Source: the human T2T-CHM13v2.0 reference genome, Homo sapiens
Strand: one strand, 5' to 3'
NCBI RefSeq assembly: GCF_009914755.1
Contig: NC_060927.1
DNA length: 64,000 nt
Shown here one piece after another: positions 1 through 14,799 of this stretch (position 1 is the stretch's first letter; every line of letters begins with the position of its first letter). The notes under the pieces are model-generated. The model was not told the origin of the DNA. It worked only from the letters and a program-made list of their open reading frames with translations, and searched no databases. Position numbers and translations under genes: made by a program.

Positions 1-282
1 AGCAACTAGTGGCTGCCAGCAATCCTTGGCACTCCTTGGCTTGTGGACACACAACTCCAGTCTCTGCCTCCGTCTTCACACTGCCTCCTCTGTATGTCTT
101 CTCCCCTTCTATTCTCTCATAAGGTCACTTGTCATGACATTTAGGACCTATCCTAATTCAGAACAATCTCATTCAAAGATCCTTAACTTAATTAAGACCC
201 ATTTTCCAAGTAAGGTCACATTGATAATTTCCAGGTGAACATACCTTTGGTAGGGGATTGGGTCATCATTCACCCCACCACA
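1..282 (-). mobile_element. MLT1-family (ERVL-MaLR) solo LTR, cut by the window start
   Basis: MLT1-like motifs CAGCAATCCTTGGC..CCTTGGCTTGT and TTTCCAAGTAAGGTCACATT. Ends in ...CACCCCACCACA, the reverse complement of the TGTGG LTR start. Recognised by eye. Confidence 0.7.
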
Positions 283-1274
283 GAGACCTCAGGCATTGAC
301 CCACAGGCAATGGGGAGCTTCTCAGACTTTAAACAAGAAGAGATAATGTCAGATTTCTATCATAATGTCTCAGCAAGGGCTATGATAGTAAGAATGGAAA
401 GAAAGAATTGGATTGAGAAATATTTAGGATTTATGCTCAGTAGGACTTCACTGCTTAGATGTGGGGGTTAAAGAAAAGGATGGCATATGATGCTTCTCAC
501 ATTTCTAGCTTGGACAAGTTTGATGATCATGAAAAGACAACCAGAAGAGAGAAGTGCTTGGGAAGACATGATTCTTCATGTTGATTTTGATGGTCTTTTG
601 AGTACCCTAGTGGAAAGATCCAATAGGATGAGCTAGAGATAATAATTTGGAGGTCATCCCTGAATAAGTGAAGATAAAACCTTATGAGTTTTCAATAGTA
701 ATCGCTGAGGATTTAAAGTACAAAATTTAGCCCAAGAAAGAGCTGGAAAATGTAAGCAAAGTTCCCAAAGAGACAGAGTTCAAGTAAGAGAGGCCTGGAA
801 TACCTGTCAGGAAACCAGACCAGATCACAGACCTATGAATGGACCGGAATAGTGGGCATTAGAGAATGGCCACAGCCCTGTTAGTTTGGAGTGGCTAGGC
901 TGCTCCCAACACACCAGACATGGGGAGTATAGGCAGCACAACAGCATATATGCTCAATTTGCTCACAGAGCAAAGTGCAGGCCCGGACTGAGCCAATGCT
1001 AAGGGTTAGAAAGTCTCTATGCTTAGAGTTTCAGCATTATTGGCATAAAACTACACACTAAGATACGGCATTGCTCATCATGCTATCTATACCAACTGGT
1101 GGCTGGGGATGTGTCTCATGGTTACTAGCTTAGAAAATATTCTCTTTCATTTATAAAATACTTTATGAGCACTCATGATGTAGAAGTTACAGGGCTAGAC
1201 ATTGGAATAGAACAGTGATTAAAAGACACACAGTACCAGCACTTTCATTAGAAAAGATAGACATCAATTAAGTA

Positions 1275-3641
1275 CAGGCATACCTAAAGATTTTGTGGGT
1301 GGGTTCAGCTCTAGGCCATTACAATAAAGTGAATATCATAATAAAACAAGTCGCACCAAATTTTTGGTTTCCCAGTGCATATAAAAATTATGTTTATGCT
1401 ATATTGTAGTCTACTAAGTGTGCAATAGCATTATGTCCCAAAAAAAAAGTATATACCTTAATTTACAATACTTTATTGCTAAAAAATGCTAACAATCATC
1501 CAAGCCTTTGGCAAGCTATAATCTTTTTGACAGTGAAGGACCTTGACTCAAAGTTGATGGCTGCTGACTGCTCGGGGTGGTGGCTGCTGACAGTTAGGGT
1601 GGCTATGGTGATTTCTTAAAATAAGACAAGAATGAAGTTTGACTTTTCCTTTCACACAAAAGATTATCTGTAGCATGCAATGCTCTTTGATAGCATTTTA
1701 TCCAAAGTAGAACTGCTTTATAAATTGGAGTCAATCCTCTCAAACTCTCCTGCTGCTGTATCAACTAAGTTTATGTAATGTTCTAAGTCCTTTGTTGTCA
1801 GTTCAACAATTTTTACAGCATCTTCAACAGGAGTAGATTCTATCTCAAGAAACCACTTTCTTTGCTCACCCATTAGAAGCAACATCACATATGCTTAAGT
1901 TTGATCATGAGATTGCAGCAATTCAGTCACATCTTCAGGCCATACTTCTAATTTTACCTCTTGCTGTTTCCATCACATCTGCAGTTACTTCCTCCAGTAA
2001 AGTTTTGAACCCTTAAAGTCATCTATAAGGGTTGGAATCAACTTCTTCCAAACTCTAGTTAATGTAAATATTTTGACCTTCTCCCAAGAATCACAAAAGT
2101 TCTTAATGGAACCTGGAATGGTTAATCCTTTCCAGAAGTTTTCCAATTTGCTTTGCCCAGATTTATCAGAGGAATAACTATCTGTGACAGCTATTGTCTT
2201 ACTAAATGTATTTCTTAAATAATAAGACTTGAAAGTTGAAATTACTCCTGATCATGAGGTGCAGAATGGATGTTGTGTTAGCAGGCAGGAAAACAGCATG
2301 AATCTCCTTGTACATCTCCACTGGAGCTCTTAGGTGAGCAGGTACATTTTGGATGAGCAGTAATATTTTGAAAGGAAATTTTTTTCTGAGCAGTAGGTCT
2401 CAACAGTGGCTTAAAATATTCAGTAAACCATGCTGTAAACAGATATGCTGTCATCCAGGCTTTGTTGTTCCATTTATAGAGAACAGGCATAGTAGATTTA
2501 GTATGATTAAAGGTTCCAGGATTTTTGTAATGGTCAGTGAGCATTAGCTTCAACTTAAAGTTACCAGCTGCATGAGCCCCTAACAAGAAAGTCAGCCTGT
2601 TTTTTGAAGCTTTGAAGCCAGGCGTTGACTTCTCCCTAGCTATGAAAATTCTTGATGGCATTTTCTTCAAATATAAGGCTGTTTCATCTACATTGAAAAT
2701 CTATTGTTTAGTATAGCCACTATCATCAGTTATCTTAGCAAGATTTTCTGAATTACTTGCTGCAGCTTCTATATTGGCACTTGCTGCTTCACCTTGCGCT
2801 TTTATGTTATGGGATGGCTTCTTTCCTTAAACTTCATGAACTAACTTCTGCCGGCTTCCAACTTTATTTTTGCAGCTTCCCCAACTCTCTCCTCCTTCAT
2901 AAGAGTAAAGAGAGTTAAGGCCTTGTTTTGAATTAGGCTTTGGCTTAAGGGAATGTTTGGATGGTTTGATCTTCTATCCGGACCACTCAAACTTTCTTCA
3001 TATCAGCAGTAACGATGTTTTGCTTTCTTATCATTATGTGTTCACTGGAGTAGGACATTTAATTTCCTTCAAGAACTTTTCCTTTGTATTCATAGCTTGA
3101 CTAACTGTCTGACACAAGAGGCCTAGCTTTGGTCTATCTTGGCTTTCCACATGCCTTCTTCACTAAACTTAGTCATTTCTAGCTTTTGATTTAAGGTGAA
3201 ATAAGTGTGACTCTTCCTCTTACTTGAACACTTAGAGGTCATGGTAGTGTTATTAACTGGCCTAATTTCAATGTTTTTGTGTCTCAGGGAGTACGTAGGC
3301 TCGATGAGAGAGAGAGATAGGAGACCAGCTGGTCAGTGGAGCAGTAAGAACACCTACCACATTTATCCATTAAGTTCACTGTCTCTTAAGAGCATGGTTC
3401 ATGGTGCCCCAAAATAATTACAATAATGACATCAATGATCACTGATCATAGATCACCATAAAAAAATACAGTAATAATGAAAAGCTTGAAATACTTTAAG
3501 AATTACCAAAATGTGGTAAGGAGACATGAAATAAGCACATGCTGATAGAAAAATGGTGCCTTGCTTGATGTAGGATTGCCACAAACCTTCACTTTGTAAA
3601 AAGCACAGTATCTGCAAAGTTTAATAAAACAAGTTTGCTTA
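1275..3641 (-). mobile_element. Tigger1 DNA transposon (TcMar-Tigger/pogo-like), near full length, decayed
   Basis: Left terminal inverted repeat CAGGCATACCT at 1275 preceded by TA. Degenerate right repeat (AATAAAACAAGTTTGCTTA) followed by TA at 3642-3643. About 2.37 kb. Internal ORF resembles a pogo/CENP-B-like transposase. Confidence 0.92.
2278..2670 (-). pseudogene. Remnant of the Tigger1 transposase DDE_1-type domain
   Basis: The translation KKMPSRIFIAREKSTPGFKASKNRLTFLLGAHAAGNFKLK...KWNNKAWMT is typical of Tigger/TIGD transposases. The frame is broken on both sides. Confidence 0.85.
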
Positions 3642-3656
3642 TAATTATTCAATTAA

Positions 3657-3755
3657 TTTTTTTTTTCTTTTTGAGACAGAGTCTCACTCTGTCACCCAGG
3701 CTGGAGTTCAGTGGCACAATCTTGGCTCACTGCAACCTCTGCCTTCCAGATTCAA
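3657..3755 (-). mobile_element. 5'-truncated Alu (3' part of right arm)
   Basis: Poly-T followed by GAGACAGAGTCTCACTCTGTCACCCAGGCTGGAG...GCAACCTCTGCC. Confidence 0.9.
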
Positions 3756-4044
3756 TTTTTGATAATATCTCTTTTTAAATTTTGGAGCTTACAAGAGAGT
3801 TCTTGGATGAGGATATAAATTTGGGATTCATCAAGTTTTACAGGGTGAAGGTTTTGGGAGTAAATCCTAAGTAGAATATAAAATAAAAAAATAAGAGGGA
3901 CTAGGACAAGGTTTAACAAATCCTAACCTTTAAAAATCTGGTACAGAAGGATAAATTAGAGAGCAAGAAGAACCGGTCAGAGAAGTAGAAGAAAACTTTA
4001 AAAACTTATTTAAACTAAATAGATTTCTCTATACTTATATCCTG

Positions 4045-4543
4045 ATTATTCCTTGCTAACAAAGCTCAACTTGGTTTGAGGTAGCCATGTTTCCAGTCCC
4101 ACGTGAGATAGTCACTTTCTCAATCCCCACTGTACGTAGAAGTGGCCAGGTGACATAGTTCTGGCCAATGACAGTGACACTTCCTACAGATTTTCTGAAA
4201 AGCTTTTTGTATCCTGGTTTTTAAAAACAGAGAAGGGGACGTCAGATGCAGCTGCCGCTATTCTTTGTCCTCCCCTTTTCTTCCTGCCTTGAAGACAAAC
4301 CAGCTCTCTGGATTTTCAACAACTATCTTGCTACCATGAAGCAACATGCATGAAGATAAAAGTGAACTCTCTAAAGATAGGAAGGTTGGAATATGTAACC
4401 AACGCAATTATTTAGCAACACAACCAATGCCAACAGCTACCCACATCCAGATTTCTTGTTAGATGAGAAAATTAAAGTTACTTTTGTTTTAGCCATTGTA
4501 ATGAGATTTTGCATACTTGCAATTGAACATATTTCTGATTAGT
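4045..4543 (+). mobile_element. Old MLT1-type LTR
   Basis: GTGACATAGTTCTGGCCAATG, CATGAAGATAAAAG and a terminal TACTTGCA..GAAC motif resemble older MLT1 subfamilies. Confidence 0.55.
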
Positions 4544-4687
4544 AAAACTTCCATCTTAAACATAAATTTAAAATAGTTTCTTCACCATATATTTAATTGT
4601 ACTTGATTTGGGGAAAGTAGAAAAAAAAAAGCTATGTAATTCTGAAATTCTTTTAAAATATATTGCCCAGTTCATAAGAAAGAATAA

Positions 4688-5006
<319 letters not shown>

Positions 5007-5695
5007 AATTTTTTGATAATAAAAAGGAAAACTAAATTTTTTGGTTTTGCTATCTAATTCATTGTGTTCAAAACCTAGCCTCTTTTCAGTAATCAGATGT
5101 ACACTGTCAGTAGGACTGAATCTAAAGAACAGTTTTCTATGTTTTGTGGCAATTGGAATAAATGAGGAGGCTGCATCTGAAAAAGAGCAGTGAGTCCTCC
5201 TTACCTATAGCTGGTAGAAATTGCGCATGCCTGACCAGAGGCATGAGATCCTGGTAGAAACATAGTAGAAGCCTACGATTTTCTGACCAGACTCAACAGA
5301 CCAAAGACACTTAAAGTCAAAGACTTTTACATCTGTGATACTTTTGTCAAAACTACTCTCTGCCCTGTCCCCTAAAACTTTCCTTAGGAATGTTGCAATC
5401 ATTACTGTTTAAGACACAGACTCTTATCTGACCCTTTTCTTTAACCAGAATTTTTAAATAAGTTGTTATGATTTCTCAGGCACGTGATGACTTTGAAGAT
5501 AAAATGTCAAATAAGAATATGAGTCATAATTTAAAAATCAATGATAGAGAAACAAATCAAATAAAAATAAACTCTAAAGTTAAATAGAACATAAAACCTG
5601 TGCCCAAGGACCTTCTTGGGGAAAACAGACAAAAGATATCCATAATTATAGTTTAATGTAACAAAAGATGTGACAGAAATATGTGTGCACTAGAA

Positions 5696-5859
5696 CAGTG
5701 GTTCTCAAACATTGCCTCCCATTAGAATCCCCTAGGAAATTTTCTAAACTCTTAATTCCCAAGTTACACTAAGAGGCTGTCTAAGGATGCAACCCAAGCA
5801 TTAGCATTATTTAATATTCCCCAGATGATTCCAATATGCACCCAAGTTTCAGAATCACT
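5696..5859. mobile_element. MER5A-like hAT-Charlie MITE
   Basis: Terminal inverted repeats CAGTGGTTCTCAAAC...GTTTCAGAATCACTG. Flanks CACTAGAA / CACTAGTG resemble an 8-bp hAT TSD. Confidence 0.8.
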
Positions 5860-6059
5860 GCACTAGTGGCAATCCCAGCAAAGTCAGGATCAAGATTAAG
5901 AGGTATTCTATCAATGTTATTATATAAAATTAATATGAAATTTGTCTCTAATGTAAAAAGGGAGAAATATTAGAAATCATTTAGAACTGATATCACTGCC
6001 AACTATAAAAGTAAACAGAACTGATAAACTATTAAAACTAATATGACTGCTTACCTAAG

Positions 6060-6365
6060 TAGCCAAATGCCAAGTATTGGAGAAATTGGAACCCTCCTAC
6101 ACTGCTAGTGGATATGTAACATGGTACAGCTGCTTTGGAAAACAGTTTGACAGTTCCTCTGGTAGTTAAACATAGAGCTACCATATGATCCAGCAATTCC
6201 ACTCCTAGATATATACCCAAAAGAAAACATATGTCTGCACAAAAATTTGTCCTTGAGTATTCACAGCAGCATTATTCATAATAGCCAAAAAGTGGAAATG
6301 ACCCAAATGTGCATCAACTGATGAATGGATAAACAAAATGTGGTATAGACATACAATGGAGTATT
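6060..6365 (+). mobile_element. Old L1M 3'-region fragment (host of the L1PA2 insertion; continues at 12395)
   Basis: Decayed ORF2 C-terminal sequence (CCATATGATCCAGCAATTCCACTCCTAG...ACAATGGAGTATT) that resumes collinearly after the younger L1. Confidence 0.85.
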
Positions 6366-6588
6366 TTTTTTTCTTTTTTTTTTTATTATACTTTAAGTTT
6401 TAGGGTACATGTGCACATTGTGCAGGTTAGTTACATATGTATACATGTGCCATGCTGGTGCGCTGCACCCACTAACTCGTCATCTAGCATTAGGTATATC
6501 TCCCAGTGCTATCCCTCCCCCTCCCCCCACCCCACCACAGTCCCCAGAGTGTGATATTCCCCTTCCTGTGTCCATGTGATCTCATTGT

Positions 6589-10438
<3,850 letters not shown>

Positions 10439-10474
10439 TTAGTTGATGCAGTTTCTTCCTAGTCTCGATGGTCT

Positions 10475-11491
10475 TTACATTTTGGCATGATTTTGCAGCG
10501 GCTGGTACCGGTTGTTCCTTTCCATGTTTAGTGCTTCCTTCAGGAGCTCTTTTAGGGCAGGCCTGGTGGTGACAAAATCTCTCAGCATTTGCTTGTCTGT
10601 AAAGTATTTTATTTCTCCTTCACTTATGAAGCTTAGTTTGGCTGGATATGAAATTCTGGGTTGAAAATTCTTTTCTTTAAGAATGTTGAATATTGGCCCC
10701 CACTCTCTTCTGGCTTGTAGGGTTTCTGCCGAGAGATCCGCTGTTAGTCTGATGGGCTTCCCTTTGAGGGTAACCCGACCTTTCTCTCTGGCTGCCCTTA
10801 ACATTTTTTCCTTCATTTCAACTTTGGTGAATCTGACAATTATGTGTCTTGGAGTTGCTCTTCTCGAGGAGTATCTTTGTGGCGTTCTCTGTATTTCCTG
10901 AATCTGAACGTTGGCCTGCCTTGCTAGATTGGGGAAGTTCTCCTGGATAATATCCTGCAGAGTGTTTTCCAACTTGGTTCCATTCTCCCCATCACTTTCA
11001 GGTACACCAATCAGACGTAGATTTGGTCTTTTCACATAGTCCCATATTTCTTGGAGGCTTTGCTCATTTCTTTTTATTCGTTTTTCTCTAAACTTCCCTT
11101 CTCGCTTCATTTCATTCATTTCATCTTCCATTGCTGATACCCTTTCTTCCAGTTGATCGCAGCGGCTCCTGAGGCTTCTGCATTCTTCACGTAGTTCTCG
11201 AGCCTTGGTTTTCAGCTCCATCAGCTCCTTTAAGCACTTCTCTGTATTGGTTATTCTAGTTATACATTCTTCTAAATTTTTTTCAAAGTTTTCAACTTCT
11301 TTGCCTTTGGTTTGAATGTCCTCCCGTAGCTCAGAGTAATTCGATCGTCTGAAGCCTTCTTCTCTCAGCTCGTCAAAGTCATTCTCCATCCAGCTTTGTT
11401 CCGTTGCTGGTGAGGAACTGCGTTCCTTTGGAGGAGGAGAGACGCTCTGCGTTTTAGAGTTTCCAGTTTTTCTGTTCTGTTTTTTCCCCAT
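10475..11491 (-). CDS. ORF1: L1 ORF1p, RNA-binding trimeric chaperone, intact 338 aa
   Basis: MGKKQNRKTGNSK...LQNHAKM, 338 aa, with REKG, ARR and YPAKLS motifs present. Confidence 0.96.
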   Translation of the reverse strand: MGKKQNRKTGNSKTQSVSPPPKERSSSPATEQSWMENDFDELREEGFRRSNYSELREDIQTKGKEVENFEKNLEECITRITNTEKCLKELMELKTKARELREECRSLRSRCDQLEERVSAMEDEMNEMKREGKFREKRIKRNEQSLQEIWDYVKRPNLRLIGVPESDGENGTKLENTLQDIIQENFPNLARQANVQIQEIQRTPQRYSSRRATPRHIIVRFTKVEMKEKMLRAAREKGRVTLKGKPIRLTADLSAETLQARREWGPIFNILKEKNFQPRISYPAKLSFISEGEIKYFTDKQMLRDFVTTRPALKELLKEALNMERNNRYQPLQNHAKM

Positions 11492-12394
11492 CTTTGTGGT
11501 TTTATCTACTTTTGGTCTTTGATGATAGTGATGTACAGATGGGTTTTCGGTGTGGATGTCCTTTCTGTTTGTTAGTTTTCCTTCTAACAGACAGGACCCT
11601 CAGCTGCAGGTCTGTTGGAATACCCTGCCGTGTGACGTGTCAGTGTGCTCCTGCTGGGGGGTGCCTCCCAGTTAGGCTGCTCGGGGGTCAGGGGTCAGGG
11701 ACCCACTTGAGGAGGCAGTCTGCCGGTTCTCAGATCTCCAGCTGCGTGCTGGGAGAACCACTGCTCTCTTCAAAGCTGTCAGACAGGGACATTTAAGTCT
11801 GCAGAGGTTACTGCTGTCTTTTTGTTTGTCTGTGCCCTGCCCCCAGAGGTGGAGCCTACAGTGGCAGGCAGGCCTCCTTGAGCTGTGGTGGACTCCACCC
11901 AGTTCGAGCTTCCCGGCTGCTTTTTTTACCTAAGCAAGCTTGGGCAATGGCGGGCGCCCCTGCCCCAGCCTCGCTGCCGCCTTGCAGTTTGATCTCAGAC
12001 TGCTGTGCTAGCAATCAGCGAGACTCCGTGGGCGTAGGACCCTCCGAGCCAGGTGTGGGATATAGTCTCGTGGTGCGCCGTTTTTTAAGCCGGTCTGAAA
12101 AGCGCAATATTCGGGTGGGAGTGACCCGATTTTCCAGGTGCGTCCGTCACCCCTTTCTTTGACTCGGAAAGGGAACTCCCTGACCCCTTTCGCTTCCCAG
12201 GTGAGGCAATGCCTCGCCCTGCTTTGGCTCGCGCACAGTGCGTGCACCCACTGGCCTGCGCCCACTGTCTGGCACTCCCTAGTGAGATGAACCCGGTACC
12301 TCAGATGGAAATGCGGAAATCACCCGTCTTCTGCGTTGCTCACGCTGGGAGCTGTAGACTGGAGCTGTTCCTATTCAGCCATCTTGGCTCCTCC
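11492..12394 (-). promoter_or_regulatory. L1 5'UTR internal sense promoter plus antisense promoter (CpG-rich)
   Basis: Complete 5'UTR with YY1 core AAGATGGC, the TGAGGTACC splice-donor/RUNX region and many retained CpGs (11940-12350). Promoter function is from established L1 biology and was not measured here. Confidence 0.85.
11947..12162 (+). CDS. ORF0: L1 antisense ORF0, intact 71 aa
   Basis: ATG at 11947 in the context GCAATGG. Translation MAGAPAPASLPPCSLISDCCASNQRDSVGVGPSEPGVGYSLVVRRFLSRSEKRNIRVGVTRFSRCVRHPFL matches primate ORF0. Confidence 0.88.
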   Translation: MAGAPAPASLPPCSLISDCCASNQRDSVGVGPSEPGVGYSLVVRRFLSRSEKRNIRVGVTRFSRCVRHPFL

Positions 12395-12578
12395 ACAATG
12401 GAGTATTATTAAGTAGTAAAAAGAAGCGAAGCACTCATACATGCTGCAGCATCAATGAACCTTGAAAACATTACACTGAGTGAAAGAAGCCAGTAACAAA
12501 GGAAAACATAATTTATGATTCTATTTATATAAAACATCCAGAACAGGCAAATCTATAGAGTCAGAAAGTAGATTATTG
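12395..12578 (+). mobile_element. Old L1M 3' fragment, continuation of 6060-6365
   Basis: ATGAACCTTGAAAACATTACACTGAGTGAAAGAAGCCAG...GGCAAATCTATAGAG is typical L1MB/MC 3' sequence. Confidence 0.8.
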
Positions 12579-13382
12579 ATTTGGTTTTCATATATTTATT
12601 GTTAGCGTGGAAATATGATAGATTTGTCTATGTTTTATATCCTATGACCTTCCTAAATTTACGCTTACTAGATTTAGGATTTTGGGGGTAGATTTCTTGT
12701 AATTTTCAATGTAGATAATCATGTGATCTACAAATAGAGTTTCATTTTTTCTTTTCCTGTTCTTAGTTTATTGCCTTGGCTAGGTGTACCGTGTTGAATA
12801 GCAGTAGTGAGAACAGACATCCTTGCCTTATTCGTGATTTAGGGAAAAAGCATTTAGTCATTCATTATTAAGTATGATGTTAGCTGTAGGTTTTCTATAG
12901 GCTCCCTTTACAAGTTGAGGAAGTTCCCCCTATTCCTAGTTTTCTGAGAATTTTTATTAGAATGAGTGTTAAATGTTGTCAAATGCTTTTTCTGTATCAA
13001 AATACAACACTATTTATAATTACTCAAAATAAAATGAAATAATTACGTGTAAATCTGACAAAGTACTGCAGCTTGTATGCTGATGAAAGAAATGAAAGAT
13101 TGAAATAAATGGATAGATACTGTTCATGGATTAGCAGTTCAACATAGTAAAGACATCAATTATGCCCAACTGATACACAGTTTTAATGCAGTTTCCATCA
13201 AAACACCAGCAAGAATTTTGTAGATATAGGTAGAACTATTCTAAAATTCATATGGAAAAGCAAAGGAATTAGAATAGCTAAAATTTTTTGAAAAAGAACA
13301 ATAAAGTGAGAAGAACCACTCTCTCTGATTTCAGGACTTAATATATAGCTACAATAATCAAGACTGGAGGAAGAGACACATC
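12579..13382. mobile_element. Old L1M ORF2 fragment with internal inversion (minus about 12579-12998, plus about 12999-13382)
   Basis: RT-region sequence in antisense (GGAAGTTCCCCCTATTCCTAGTTT, TCAAATGCTTTTTCTG) abuts the next ORF2 segment in sense (CTAAAATTCATATGGAAA). Confidence 0.75.
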
Positions 13383-13601
13383 GATCTGCTAAGTCAGCTT
13401 GCTATAAGCACTGTTGAAGAAGGTCTTCAGGAGAATCTGAGACTAAAATTCAAATAAACTTGTTCTACAAACAGTTACAAAATACTATGTTCAGATCCTC
13501 CCCAAAATCTATGGATTTCCTCTGCAGAAATACCCTTTTCAGGTGCCTTGAGAGCTTTCATTTCCTGTGCTTTCCTCAACCCTGTCCCCTTTATTCAAAG
13601 G

Positions 13602-13778
13602 CAGTGGTCCTCAAAAAGTGGTATCCAGAGCAGCATCAGCATCGTGGGGAACATTAATACGGAATCTTGGCCTCACTCTAGACTTACTGATTCAGAAACT
13701 CTGAAGTTACACCCAGCAATCTGTGTTTTAATGAGCCCTTGGGGTGATTCTAATGCACACTCACATGTAAGAACCACG
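13602..13778. mobile_element. MER5A/B-like hAT MITE
   Basis: CAGTGGTCCTCAAA...CAGCATCAGCATC...GGTGATTCTAATGCAC...AGAACCACG. Confidence 0.8.
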
Positions 13779-14053
13779 GGGCTAGAGCCTGATAAGTCTA
13801 GAGGCTTCTTCCACCGCACATAAAATAAAACTCTAAAGTACAGTGGTTTCAAACCAGAATTGTTTTTAATATTCATTGTGGAAACAAGCTCTGGCACCGT
13901 GGAAACTGGACCCTATTATTCAAGAAGAAATAAAACAAAGCACACACATCACAAAGAAAAATCCACCAAACTATTACCAGTTGTTTTTGACTGGGTGGTA
14001 GAATAATTGATGTCTCCACTGAACTTTTCTGTTTCCAAATATTCTATAATAAC

Positions 14054-14343
14054 CTTTTTTTTGCGACAGGGTCTTCCTCTGTGGCCCAGGCTGGAGTGTA
14101 GTGGTGCCATCTTGGCTCACTGCAACCTCTGCCTCCCAGGTTCAAGATTCTCCTGCCCTCAGTCTCCCGAGTAACTGGGACTACAGGCGTGCACCACCAC
14201 ACCCGGCTAATTTTTGTACTTTTAGTAGATATGGGGTTTTGCCATGTTGGCCAGACTGGCCTCGAACTCCTGGCCTCAAGTGTTCCGCCTGCCTCAACCT
14301 CCGAAAGAGCTGGGATTACAAGAGTGAGCCACCACGCCTGTCC
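14054..14343 (-). mobile_element. Alu (older S/J type), full length
   Basis: Dimeric Alu with CTCCTGGCCTCAAGTG, ending GAGCCACCACGCCTGTCC. Confidence 0.92.
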
Positions 14344-14799
14344 AACATATTATTTTTAAGTGGACAAGAAACAGACCTCAAAATGGAAGGAAAAATTTGT
14401 AGTCCATCAAGTATGAACGTTCAAGAAAAACATACCAAAAATACTCTTCGGCCATTTCAATAGTCCAGTCAAACAACAGTAATAATTTGGCCGATATTTT
14501 CTCTTTTAGTCCCTGAAGAGTCTCAGCTTCTTGGCCTTCAAACACATTTACTTGATCATTGGGTGCAGTAGCCATGATTTTAATGAGTCAGTAAAGATTA
14601 GGACAGGTCATTTTAGAAGACTAGCAACAAATCTCAGAACCCAGGGATTCTCAATGAGCAGAGAGGCGCCTACTACCTCCCTGATGCAACCTGTCTTAGA
14701 TAAGGCCCCAAGTCAGCCAAACCCTCACCTTTTCTCAGGACTCTGATAAGACCCAGACCCACAAACTCCCCAGGGTCCTACTCACAGTCTAGCAACATG

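Noticed and set aside
6425-6540. Classifying the young L1 as L1HS-Ta (active)
   Set aside because: The 3'UTR diagnostic site reads GAG, ORF1 has the older ESDG/TADL/YFTD states, and ORF2 is frameshifted.
14101-14463. Alu-overlapping ORFs (also 4730-4945, 16411-16752, 49787-50062)
   Set aside because: They are typical Alu-derived translation artefacts.
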